From Bacteroidia bacterium (lineage in GTDB: Bacteria; Bacteroidota; Bacteroidia; NS11-12g; UBA9320): DNA of 64,000 nucleotides. Below the pieces are notes generated by a model. The model was given only the letters and a program-made list of their open reading frames with translations. It ran no database searches and had not been told where the DNA came from. The stretch covers positions 928,001 through 992,000 of the forward strand of contig CBDCFW010000006.1 in NCBI GenBank assembly GCA_965216465.1. Reading direction: 5' to 3'. Positions 31,733 through 40,927 of this stretch are shown here, piece by piece (position 1 is the first letter of the stretch; every line of letters starts with the position of its first letter). A program made the translations under genes and the position numbers.

Positions 31733-32109
31733 TACCTAAAGTAGCAATAGTGGATGATGACAGCATTTTTCAATTTACAACTAAAGTGAAAATTGAGAAG
31801 TTGCAATTGGCCGAAGCTGTAATCATATTTAACGACGGCGAAGAGGTTTTCGAATTCCTTCGCGACGAGCCTGAGTCTCAATTACCAAATATAATTTTGT
31901 TGGATATTAACATGCCTTTGGTTGATGGCTGGGATTTCTTAGAACTCTACACCAAAATTCCTGAAGATAAGCGCAATCGCATGAAGATTTTCATGTTGAG
32001 TTCTTCAATTAACCCTGTTGACGTTGAGAAGGCAGGAGAGAATCCATTTGTGGAAGACTACATAACGAAACCCATTACAGACGAAAATCTAACAAGAATA
32101 CTCTCATAA
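31729..32109 (+). CDS. Single-domain response regulator
   Basis: VDDD, LLDINMP, KP. Confidence 0.9.
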   Translation: MIPKVAIVDDDSIFQFTTKVKIEKLQLAEAVIIFNDGEEVFEFLRDEPESQLPNIILLDINMPLVDGWDFLELYTKIPEDKRNRMKIFMLSSSINPVDVEKAGENPFVEDYITKPITDENLTRILS

Positions 32110-32140
32110 AAAAAAGGCCCCGAGTAGGGACCTTTTTGGG
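32107..32140. terminator. Bidirectional intrinsic terminator
   Basis: AAAAAGGCCCC-GAGTA-GGGACCTTTTT between convergent genes. Confidence 0.65.
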
Positions 32141-32911
32141 TCATCTGATATAACGGTTCAACGCGTTTATACTACTACTAAATCCAAATCCTTGATTTAC
32201 TATAAAGTAGTTCTCAGGATCGGTTGTATTATGATAAGCCATTTTGGCGATATCTAATTTCGATGATTCAAAATCCATTTCGTTCATAAGCACTAAAACT
32301 TGACGACTGGTTATTGGGTTGTTTCGCACATATTGTCTTGCGATTGAGAGCCTTTCACTTTCGAAAGATGCTTGTCTAATCATGTTCTGAGCAACATTGA
32401 AGTTTGACTGCCTGTTATAACGCGGACCACGGTTATCTCTGTAATCACGTTGGTAGTCATAATCTCTATAGTTTCTGTAATCTCTGTAATCACGTCTTTG
32501 AGGTTGTCTAGGACGTTGTCTACGCATTGGTTGTATGCGGTCAACAACTAGTCTACCTCTTGGCGTAATTCGAGCAAACACAACGCTGTTTCTAGGAATA
32601 TGTATTCTTCCTCTAAAAAACATCGTATTGTGCCGTGGGTGATTAAACTCATTACCTCTGTAGCGGTAATCTCTATGGTGTCGATGTCCACGATTGCCAC
32701 GGTTACGAGCTTCTCTCACAGTTAGCAAATGATTGCCTGGTTGAATAAACTCAATGTTGAATTCACCTCCTCGTGAGAAGTATTGCTGGCCACCAATAAA
32801 GGCAGTAGACCTAAATGTATTCGTAGTAAGATATAGTTTGGAGGCCTGCGCTTCCAACGCAGTTAAAGCAGTTAGTACTAAAATGGTTAAAAATGTAATT
32901 GTTTTCTTCAT
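32141..32911 (-). CDS. DUF4476-like secreted protein with Arg/Asp/Tyr low-complexity linker
   Basis: SFESERL..FESSKLDIAK..DPENY..F.FSSS C-terminal domain. Confidence 0.7.
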   Translation of the reverse strand: MKKTITFLTILVLTALTALEAQASKLYLTTNTFRSTAFIGGQQYFSRGGEFNIEFIQPGNHLLTVREARNRGNRGHRHHRDYRYRGNEFNHPRHNTMFFRGRIHIPRNSVVFARITPRGRLVVDRIQPMRRQRPRQPQRRDYRDYRNYRDYDYQRDYRDNRGPRYNRQSNFNVAQNMIRQASFESERLSIARQYVRNNPITSRQVLVLMNEMDFESSKLDIAKMAYHNTTDPENYFIVNQGFGFSSSINALNRYIR

Positions 32912-33056
32912 AATATAATCTCCTTTCTATTTCATTGATAGTAAGTCAATTAACGAGCCGAAAACAAAGCTGTTAAGTTAAAATCGTTGATAATCAACGA
33001 TTTGCACAATTGGCTAGCTGTAAAAACCTGCTTAAAAGTGTATACGAAAATCTACA

Positions 33057-33072
33057 ATTACTCTACAGTAAC
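33057..33072 (-). other. Left att junction: displaced original glmS 3' end (GTT ACT GTA GAG TAA = V-T-V-E-stop)
   Basis: Shares the GTAAC core (33068-72) with 47136-40 and 45221-25. Confidence 0.85.
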
Positions 33073-33430
33073 GGATCACTCTCCAAAGATACCAACCTCC
33101 GAAGACCTATCGAACGGTAAGGGTTACTACCTCACGATGGTATTACAAGTATCCTCTCCCAACCTCTGGACTTCACCGTACAGTGACTACCAGTCAAAGT
33201 TGTTTGAGATCATTAAGACCAAACATGAGGACGAGGGATTGAACTTCGTTCAGATAAGTGATTGGTTGAACGAGAACCACTATAAAACTCCTCGGGGTAA
33301 GGTGTTCAAAGAGAACCATGTCTGGAGTATATACACCAAGAAGATGAGGAGTATCCAACGGTTCTCAAGGGAGAACAATACGGAGGTTCTATCGACTGGT
33401 GTTGATGTAGTCAACTACGTTCCTGATTAA
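33068..33430 (+). CDS. Detached C-terminal segment of the integrase (recombinase-domain-like), in frame across attP in the circular form
   Basis: GLNFVQISDWLNENHYKTPRGKVF resembles the recombinase DNA-binding domain; possible internal ATG at 33137. Confidence 0.6.
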   Translation, partial: VTDHSPKIPTSEDLSNGKGYYLTMVLQVSSPNLWTSPYSDYQSKLFEIIKTKHEDEGLNFVQISDWLNENHYKTPRGKVFKENHVWSIYTKKMRSIQRFSRENNTEVLSTGVDVVNYVPD

Positions 33431-33554
33431 CCCAACTGATAGGTCTTAGTCTGTTTTAAAAAACTGACGACATATATAGGGGGTTGGGGTTTGTGTTTCC
33501 TTTTACTGTTGTGATTAGTGGTATATATTGAGTAAACTATGGTTATATGTACCT

Positions 33555-34185
33555 CTATATTAGTTCTTTATGTAAGGATTTATATGTCTTCTTTACCTTA
33601 CTTATAGTAGTTTGAGATACTCCTAGTATCCTACTGATATCTTTGTAACTATACCTCTTATCTAGGTATTTAAGGATATCCTTTGACTTCTTACGTTCTA
33701 AGTATTGTTCTGGAGTATATGATGTTCCAACCCTTCGTCCTATGTATACCTCCGGATTGGTCATTTTTTTTTAATCTGATCCCCTCCAATTGTCTTTGAC
33801 GTATGGACTCCCTTTCAAAACTGTACATCACCGACAGGATGGACAATAATAGTTCACTGAACTTGTCTGGATTTCCTTCACTATCAAAGTTCCTGATGTT
33901 GGGATTACGACAGACCACCGTCACGTTGTTTTCAGTGAACAGTTTCCAGTTTGATAGTACATCGATGGTATTCCTCCCAAGACGATCAATTGAGTGAACC
34001 TCAAGGTGGGTTAGTTTACCCTCATCCATGAGTTTCTTTATCTCCTTCCCTTTCCCTCTTTCAAAGAGTGGAACGGAACCAGATATTACATCACAGAACA
34101 CGTAATCGAACCCTTTAAGGTTCTGTAACTGTCTTTTGTGGGTCTGACCTTCATCGGTACTGATACGGGAATAAAACACCTTCAT
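33555..34185 (-). pseudogene. Small serine resolvase/invertase, frameshifted copy (A9 tract)
   Basis: Identical to 44109..44738 except one extra A at ~33764-33772. Confidence 0.75.
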
Positions 34186-34194
34186 ATTCACTTC

Positions 34195-34460
34195 ATTTTA
34201 TGGGGTAACGCTAATGTACCCTATTAATGGGGTATACGCACTAGTATTGGGGGTGTTTTTAGTACTCGTACGGGTACACCGTAAACTTGGAGTCGAATGG
34301 GTTACGCCAACCAAATATTGACCGGATGATCCTGGACTAGAGACTCCAGAATCCGTGATTTTACTGGGTGGTTATGTTCCGCCAACCAAATTGTCCCCCA
34401 GGGATCTCGTCCCGGGAGGGGTGGGAGGTGTATCCCCTATTATATAGGTGGGAAAGTAGG
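34195..34460. promoter_or_regulatory. Candidate res/ori region (palindromes and direct repeats)
   Basis: GGGTA-n9-TACCC (34203-21); GTACTCGTACGGGTAC (34262-77); CGCCAACCAAAT twice (34305, 34380). Confidence 0.45.
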
Positions 34461-34515
34461 ATATTAGAGAGTAGACCCTACCTTGAAAAAAATATTTCCC
34501 AATTTTTTCTGGAAA

Positions 34516-34989
34516 TTAGGGTCGGTTGTCAAGATAAAACTGATTGTATGTGTGTAGGAGACCTATTAGAGGGGAGGAGAAGTCAATCTGGTGGGATTTG
34601 TCGAATCCTAGTTCATTTCGGAGGAACTCTTCAAGGATGACTTTATCTTTTTGTTGTAGGTGGAAAACTGAACCTCCGTAATCAATTACATACCTGTCAG
34701 GAATTAAACTATTTTTAAATAATTTTAGTCCGTTATTCGAAGAGGTAACCCTCCTAAATTGTTCAATATTATATCGAAAATCCTCCGTATCCCCTTCTAT
34801 TTCTACGTTTTCATTAAAATTGATCGGATTCTCATCATTTTGAACCGTACGACAATTTTTACCCAAAAAACTTGTAACGGTGAGTCTTATAAAATCGGTC
34901 ATATTCAACCCTGTTTTTTGGAGGTAATTTTGGATTTGGACAAAGGTGTCTTCGTCCACCCTTATTCTAATTTGTTTCGTAAACTTCAT
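34516..34989 (-). CDS. Ribbon-helix-helix (CopG/MobC-like) protein
   Basis: MKFTKQIRIRVDEDT..QKTGLNMTDFIR; divergent from the polymerase-like gene. Confidence 0.55.
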   Translation of the reverse strand: MKFTKQIRIRVDEDTFVQIQNYLQKTGLNMTDFIRLTVTSFLGKNCRTVQNDENPINFNENVEIEGDTEDFRYNIEQFRRVTSSNNGLKLFKNSLIPDRYVIDYGGSVFHLQQKDKVILEEFLRNELGFDKSHQIDFSSPLIGLLHTYNQFYLDNRP

Positions 34990-35057
34990 ATGATATAAGT
35001 ATCTACTTGTATCACAAAAGACAATATCCCACCTATTTATATTAAAATTGAACAGTG

Positions 35058-36665
35058 ATGTTCGGACTAATTCCCTCACATATCGACACAGAAAGGTTGG
35101 TCCAAATTGAAGGATTGAGTAATACCCAAAAGAACAGGTTAAAAGAGGGTATGGACTACTTCCTATCACGAATTACGAAGGGGAACCACTCACTTCATAA
35201 TAACAAGGGTTACGAGATAATAAATGACAAGACCCTCTCAGGAATCATAGGAAAAGAAGAACGATTTTCACGATCCTCTCGTATAAAAAAGATATTATTA
35301 GATGAAGGTATCATTGAAACTAAGAATCACCGTTCAGGTCACTATTCCACTGGTTACAGGTTAACCGAAAAACATAATACAGGTATCCTGAAAAGGGTTG
35401 AGTACAGTAAACGAATAGAGAACAAAATCACCAAACTATTAAAAGAAGGTAGAAGAGAAGAGTTTGAAGAATTTGAAGTGGAGGACCGAAACGTAAACCA
35501 TCAGTATTTATATGATCAATTTGAAAAACATACCATAACTACAAGGACTGAGGTTGGTGAATTCATAAGGGAATTGGGAGTTGAGTTATTACCGAAATTT
35601 CAAAGGAAAAAGAAATTAAAAACAGAGAACTTGAAGTCTCTTTTTAATCATCTCGGTTATTTACTCTCAATGGTTGGATCAATAAATAACGGAGAATTTA
35701 ATCCGAGTACTTCACTATCTAATAATAGACTCAATTCATTATTAACCCGTTTCCCGAAAACACTCAGACCATTTTTACTGATCAATAATGATTCAATCGG
35801 GGAAGTTGATCTGGGAACTTCACAACCATTCATATTATCAACCATATTAGGGGAGGATTTTTTAACGGACAATCAACTGGGTTCTTACAACCTATCAACC
35901 ATATATCCGAAACTTAAAATTCAGATAGACAATGTAGGTGGTATGTCTCCATCCAATAAACCCGGAAATAATAATAAGGTACTATGTGTTTTTCTGGACG
36001 ATGAGAACTACGAGTCACTTTTATCCTTTTCAAATTTTGATTTTCAGGAAGACTTTTATGGACACATCGTATCAGAAGGTAGAATTCGAAATCCTGTCAA
36101 GTTTGGTAAAATTACTAGAGGAGATGTAAAGGGTAAAATAATGATACTCCTTTTTCACAATAATGAGTACCATAGGGAAGATGACCTTATAATACAATTG
36201 GTCAAATCTGTTTACAGTGGGTTGATTGAGTTTATTGAGAGGTTTATCCAAATTTTTGGAGGTAGTGAATTCTCCATACTACTTCAAAGAGTTGAGTCAT
36301 TTCTCGTTCTAGATTCTGTGAGTAGACAGATATTCAGAACTAACAACGACATTCCCATATTTACTATTCACGACTCTGTGATGACTACACGAAAATTTAT
36401 AGAACCCGTCAAGACAATTTTTGAAGATACCATTCAAGAAATAACTCAAAAAAATCCCAACGTCAAGATGACCGATTATACAGAAATTCCGCGAGTAACT
36501 AGTGAATTGGTAGAAGAAATAGAGTCCATAACAACAATTTCTTCTGAGAATATATACGAGAAGAAACGACGATGGATATTCTCCTCAAACATTAAAAAAG
36601 GGATTGACTTATTATTTCCAAAAGAGGATCGAACCGAATGGTATACTCTACTTGGGATTGAATAA
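35058..36665 (+). CDS. Family-A DNA polymerase / T7-type RNA polymerase-fold protein
   Basis: Motif-A-like EVDLGTSQP, DFYG, motif-B-like RGDVKGKIMILLF, LQRVES, motif-C-like TIHDS. Confidence 0.6.
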   Translation: MFGLIPSHIDTERLVQIEGLSNTQKNRLKEGMDYFLSRITKGNHSLHNNKGYEIINDKTLSGIIGKEERFSRSSRIKKILLDEGIIETKNHRSGHYSTGYRLTEKHNTGILKRVEYSKRIENKITKLLKEGRREEFEEFEVEDRNVNHQYLYDQFEKHTITTRTEVGEFIRELGVELLPKFQRKKKLKTENLKSLFNHLGYLLSMVGSINNGEFNPSTSLSNNRLNSLLTRFPKTLRPFLLINNDSIGEVDLGTSQPFILSTILGEDFLTDNQLGSYNLSTIYPKLKIQIDNVGGMSPSNKPGNNNKVLCVFLDDENYESLLSFSNFDFQEDFYGHIVSEGRIRNPVKFGKITRGDVKGKIMILLFHNNEYHREDDLIIQLVKSVYSGLIEFIERFIQIFGGSEFSILLQRVESFLVLDSVSRQIFRTNNDIPIFTIHDSVMTTRKFIEPVKTIFEDTIQEITQKNPNVKMTDYTEIPRVTSELVEEIESITTISSENIYEKKRRWIFSSNIKKGIDLLFPKEDRTEWYTLLGIE

Positions 36666-36711
36666 GATTAACCCGCGTATTCGTAAGACTTTTTCATTAA
36701 CCTGAGAGGTT

Positions 36712-39669
36712 TCATTTATTTCCAATCTGTTTAACTACTTCCTTATACATAAAATCAACCAACATAGGGAACACCGTTTTTTTCATGACATTTCGGTAGA
36801 AATCCATTCTATCTCCATGATAATCCACCACTGTATCTTTGAATAGATTGTTGAAGTATTCCTTCTTTACATCCTCAGTGTTATTCCCATTGATGACCTT
36901 CATCAACTCATCGTTGGTATTCATTCGTTCTTGAATCTGTTCTAAGGTTACTCTGTCTTCTTCTCCTAAATTCTCACCAAACACCTGGTTGATCTTATCA
37001 ATGATATCCGATAGGAGAACTTTTTCGTCTTCACCTCTACCACCACCTGATTCACCTGAGATACCATAAACTTCACCTTGTTCTTCAACCAACGTAAGGT
37101 TTGTTTCTCCCATCATTTGAATACGGAGTGAATCTAAATCAACGGAATCTACAACCGATACTCTCTCAGACTCTCTCTTCGGTAGTTTCTTATTTAAGAA
37201 CCTCAGAAATACATATGATTTCTCCCATTTAACTTCTCCAAAAGATGAAATCTGAGAGATGTAAGAATACATTCTAATGAAAGATTGAATCTTGGATTTG
37301 AAATCATCCTGTTCATCCTCATTCAACCGTTCATTGTAGGTGTCTACTACAACATCAATGATGGGATGTAATCGTTCATCGGATTCTGAATTGGAGTAGA
37401 ACTCCTTACAGAATTCATCAATTTGATATTGGGTATAGAGACCGAATTGTTCGATTTCAAACAACATCTGGTACAACTTGTCGGGATCAGTTTCCTCGGT
37501 TAATATGGTTGAGGTATAATAAGGTTGAAACGATTCAATGATATCATCAGTTTCGTTTACAAAATCAAGAATAAAGGTATCCGTCTTTCCGGTCTTTGTT
37601 CGGTTCAACCTTGACAGGGTTTGAACACACTGGACGCCACTCAACTTCTTATCGATGTACATTGATTGTAGAAGTGGTTCATCAAACCCTGTTTGGAATT
37701 TATTGGACACAATGAGAATACGAAATCTCGGGTCTTTCAATCCATTAGGTATGGATGTGTTCACCAACCCATTTTCGGTATTTAATGAGGTTTCGGTGTT
37801 CTCCCTTCCATTGTGGGATATTGTTCCACTAAACCCAACTAAACAACTATAGGGTAGATTTCTATCCTTCATTTGTTTTACCATCTCTTCGTGGAAGAGT
37901 ACACAGTGTTTACGAGAACGAACTACCACCATCCCTCTACCTCTTCCGTTGATTTTTTTAGAGGTATTCCTAATGAAATGATCTAAGATGATGGATACCT
38001 TTTGACGAATGGTTTCGGAATGAGAGTCAACGTAGTTCACCAACTCTCTCTTCACCTTACTCTCAGGTACTTCTACATCTTCTTCAGAACTCTGAAGAAC
38101 CTTAAAGTATCGTTTGTAGGTGGTGTAATTCTGAAGAACATCTAAGGTAAACCCTTCGTGAATGGATTGTTTCATCGTGTAGTAATGGAAGGGTACGAAA
38201 TGACCGTCCTCATTCTTTCTACCAAAGAGTTCTAAGGTTTTGTTCTTCGGTGTCCCAGTGAACCCAAAGAACGAAATATGGTTTTGTTTACCACGAGATT
38301 CTATTTCTTTACGAATCAAATCTTCGTAATCTACTTCTTCCTCGTCTTCGTTTACAGAGAGTGATTTTTTTAAGTGTTTAGATGTTTCTCCCGTTTGTGA
38401 GGAGTGAACCTCATCAATCACTACTCCGAATGTATGTCCCTTCAGTTCTGAGATAACCTCAGAAACAAATGGGAACTTCTGAATGGTCGTAATGATGATA
38501 TCCTTTCCTTTCTCTAAGTACTCTCTCAATTGTTTAGAACCCAACTCAACTGGGTTCACAACCCCATCAGTTTGTTCTAATTTGGATACGGTGTTTTGAA
38601 GTTGTTTATCCAACACTTTTCTATCCGTAACCACCAAAATGGTGTCAAACATTCGTTTGGTATCCCCATCTTTTTGGTACAGAGAAGTGAGTGTATGTGA
38701 CAACCAACCTATCTCAAAACTTTTACCAGAACCAGTGGTATGTTGAATGAGGTAATTGTGACCAACTCCTTCTTCCTTAACCGTACTTCTGAGTTTACGG
38801 ATTACATCCAATTGGTGGTATCGAGGGAAGATCTGAACATCAAACTTTTTGGTAACTACCTTACCCTTCTTCGGATCCCATTCTCTATCTGATTCTTCAG
38901 AAATCAATACAAAGTTCTCGATGATATCCAATAAGGAATCAGGAGTTAAAATATCATTCCATAGGTACTCTGTACGGTAATCTCCTTCTACAATTGGGTT
39001 GGTAATTCCCTTGTTGTACGGAAGAAACTTTGTACCTAGTCCTCTGAGTTGAGTACTCATACTCACCTTATCGTTATCTACACAGAAGTGAACCAAACAC
39101 CGTTTGAACTTCAGTAGTGGTTCTTTCGGGTCTCTGTCCTTTTTGTATTGATTTTGTGAATGAAATATGTTTTGTCCAGTTAGTTGGTTCTTCAATTCCA
39201 TTGTAATTATGGGGATCCCGTTCAGGAAGATCACCATATCTATGGAGTTGTTGTTTCGTTTGGAGTAATGGAGTTGTCGAACAACTACAAAACGATTCTG
39301 AGAATAGAGTTGTTGGTGTTCTTCATTCAAAGAAGATTTGGGTTTGAAGTACACCAAATGGAAGTTACATCCTCTTGTTTCAATACCACCTCTCAGAGTA
39401 TCTATGATACCTCTTTGAGAAATGGTTCTATCAATGGTTTTTAGAATGTGGGAATCGGTAGAAGAATCAAACTGAGTGAAGAGTTTATCGTATTCCTCTT
39501 GTTGGGTGGATTTGATGAACTCTATTACATCTTCCTCAACCAAACAGAGTTCTTTATCATACTTAGATTCAAATTCATTAGAATGAGTAAATGAATGGTG
39601 ATACCCATTCTTGAGAAGTGATTTCTCAATCCATTCTTCAAATCGTAGTTCTGTGAATTTCTTACTCAT
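36712..39669 (-). CDS. hsdR: Type I restriction endonuclease subunit R
   Basis: D..ELK nuclease motif; HTTGSGKS; IDEVHSSQ; FTGTP; TGFD; QTLSRLNR. Confidence 0.92.
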   Translation of the reverse strand: MSKKFTELRFEEWIEKSLLKNGYHHSFTHSNEFESKYDKELCLVEEDVIEFIKSTQQEEYDKLFTQFDSSTDSHILKTIDRTISQRGIIDTLRGGIETRGCNFHLVYFKPKSSLNEEHQQLYSQNRFVVVRQLHYSKRNNNSIDMVIFLNGIPIITMELKNQLTGQNIFHSQNQYKKDRDPKEPLLKFKRCLVHFCVDNDKVSMSTQLRGLGTKFLPYNKGITNPIVEGDYRTEYLWNDILTPDSLLDIIENFVLISEESDREWDPKKGKVVTKKFDVQIFPRYHQLDVIRKLRSTVKEEGVGHNYLIQHTTGSGKSFEIGWLSHTLTSLYQKDGDTKRMFDTILVVTDRKVLDKQLQNTVSKLEQTDGVVNPVELGSKQLREYLEKGKDIIITTIQKFPFVSEVISELKGHTFGVVIDEVHSSQTGETSKHLKKSLSVNEDEEEVDYEDLIRKEIESRGKQNHISFFGFTGTPKNKTLELFGRKNEDGHFVPFHYYTMKQSIHEGFTLDVLQNYTTYKRYFKVLQSSEEDVEVPESKVKRELVNYVDSHSETIRQKVSIILDHFIRNTSKKINGRGRGMVVVRSRKHCVLFHEEMVKQMKDRNLPYSCLVGFSGTISHNGRENTETSLNTENGLVNTSIPNGLKDPRFRILIVSNKFQTGFDEPLLQSMYIDKKLSGVQCVQTLSRLNRTKTGKTDTFILDFVNETDDIIESFQPYYTSTILTEETDPDKLYQMLFEIEQFGLYTQYQIDEFCKEFYSNSESDERLHPIIDVVVDTYNERLNEDEQDDFKSKIQSFIRMYSYISQISSFGEVKWEKSYVFLRFLNKKLPKRESERVSVVDSVDLDSLRIQMMGETNLTLVEEQGEVYGISGESGGGRGEDEKVLLSDIIDKINQVFGENLGEEDRVTLEQIQERMNTNDELMKVINGNNTEDVKKEYFNNLFKDTVVDYHGDRMDFYRNVMKKTVFPMLVDFMYKEVVKQIGNK

Positions 39670-40927
39670 CCGTAGTTACTTTTAGTTTACCTGTTACCAC
39701 CTCTGAGATAAGAGATTGACGATACTCTTTAAGGAGTTCCATCCTCTTTTCTTCAATGGATATGGTGTTATCTATTAATTGAGTTTGATCATCCAAATAA
39801 TCAACAATTTGTTGTTGTTCATTTAAACTCGGAAATGGGAGATACATACTTAAAAACTCAATTGACGGTAACCTCCATCTTCCAAGAGTAGAAACTCCTC
39901 GACCTAGTCCATAGAAGATTTTCCGGGTATAACATAATTGAAATATGTACAGATAATACTCGTTACAAACTCTGTCATTCGACTTTGTAAAAACTCGATA
40001 ATCAGGACTTGTAACCCCTAGTTGTTTTGACAAATCAACATATCCTGTAATTAAATCCATATGATTCATCACAAAATCATTTTCATAGACAAACTGATAT
40101 TTTGAATAGTCCATTGAGTGTTGTCCTTCGTTGTTCTCCAAATCCTTCACTTTAAGACCTCTTTGAGTTACGGAAAGAACATCATACCCTAATTCACCAC
40201 AAATTCGTTTGTTGATAGAAAAGAGTTGTTTGAGTTTTACAAAATCCCAATGATTGGGGATCCTCCCTATCCACTCCACACCACTATCCTTCATGTCTAC
40301 ATTAGGATTCAATCCTTTTGTAACTACTTCGTTGATCAGAGAGGTTTTTTTCTTTTTAAGTAGTTCAATCTTTCGTTGGGTTTTATCAATCAGTGAATCA
40401 ATGATTGAGGTTTTGGTGTCTAAAAAGGATACGATTTGTTGTTGTTCGGAGAGGGGTGGTAGAGGTAATTTAATGTTTCCGAAAACATCTTTTGTCAAGT
40501 GAGTCATTGTTGAACCGTGAGATTCATTTGAAAGTTCATCAATTACTCCTTGAATGACCCAATAATAGAATTTCCGAATCAATTTTTCATTAAGTTCAAC
40601 TTTGAATATGTGTTGATTTAGAACTCCAACATCTCTTTTCCATTCAAACAAACCAAGTGTGGTAGACCAACTAAAAAGATAATCACCTTTCTTAATGATA
40701 TATTTTGGATCTATTTCCCCATTGTAAAAATTTTCAGAACCTTTACCCTTTGTTAAGTTTTGTATTCGAATGATTAGTCTTCCTGAATCTCCCCAATCAG
40801 TTGGTTTGAATGGATATCCATTTATGTAATCACCAACATATTTCATTTTGGTACGATTCCAATGAGAGGGGATCTCACCAATCCAGTCAACTCCAGAATC
40901 TTTATATGACTCATACCTCTTCATCAT
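39662..40927 (-). CDS. hsdS: Type I specificity subunit S
   Basis: Twin KDSGV.WIG.IP.HW and P.L.EQQQIV.FLD conserved regions flanking two TRDs. Confidence 0.92.
   Translation of the reverse strand: MMKRYESYKDSGVDWIGEIPSHWNRTKMKYVGDYINGYPFKPTDWGDSGRLIIRIQNLTKGKGSENFYNGEIDPKYIIKKGDYLFSWSTTLGLFEWKRDVGVLNQHIFKVELNEKLIRKFYYWVIQGVIDELSNESHGSTMTHLTKDVFGNIKLPLPPLSEQQQIVSFLDTKTSIIDSLIDKTQRKIELLKKKKTSLINEVVTKGLNPNVDMKDSGVEWIGRIPNHWDFVKLKQLFSINKRICGELGYDVLSVTQRGLKVKDLENNEGQHSMDYSKYQFVYENDFVMNHMDLITGYVDLSKQLGVTSPDYRVFTKSNDRVCNEYYLYIFQLCYTRKIFYGLGRGVSTLGRWRLPSIEFLSMYLPFPSLNEQQQIVDYLDDQTQLIDNTISIEEKRMELLKEYRQSLISEVVTGKLKVTTDE

Larger units (their letters stand above)
33068..34570 (+). repeat. Inverted repeat arm matching 43724-45225
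   Basis: Reverse-complement identical by eye except one homopolymer base. Confidence 0.9.

Noticed and set aside
32440-32530. Short tandem repeats as a possible CRISPR or VNTR
   Set aside because: Imperfect 9-bp units encoding RDY/RNY low-complexity protein; no spacers or cas genes
32987-33067. N-terminal part of the 147-aa ORF
   Set aside because: Host intergenic/antisense sequence fused by integration; TTG start unsupported
34368-34640. 90-aa ORF and its mirror 43666..43926; also 45395..45610
   Set aside because: They span the repeat-rich non-coding region or are antisense to real genes; no recognisable motifs
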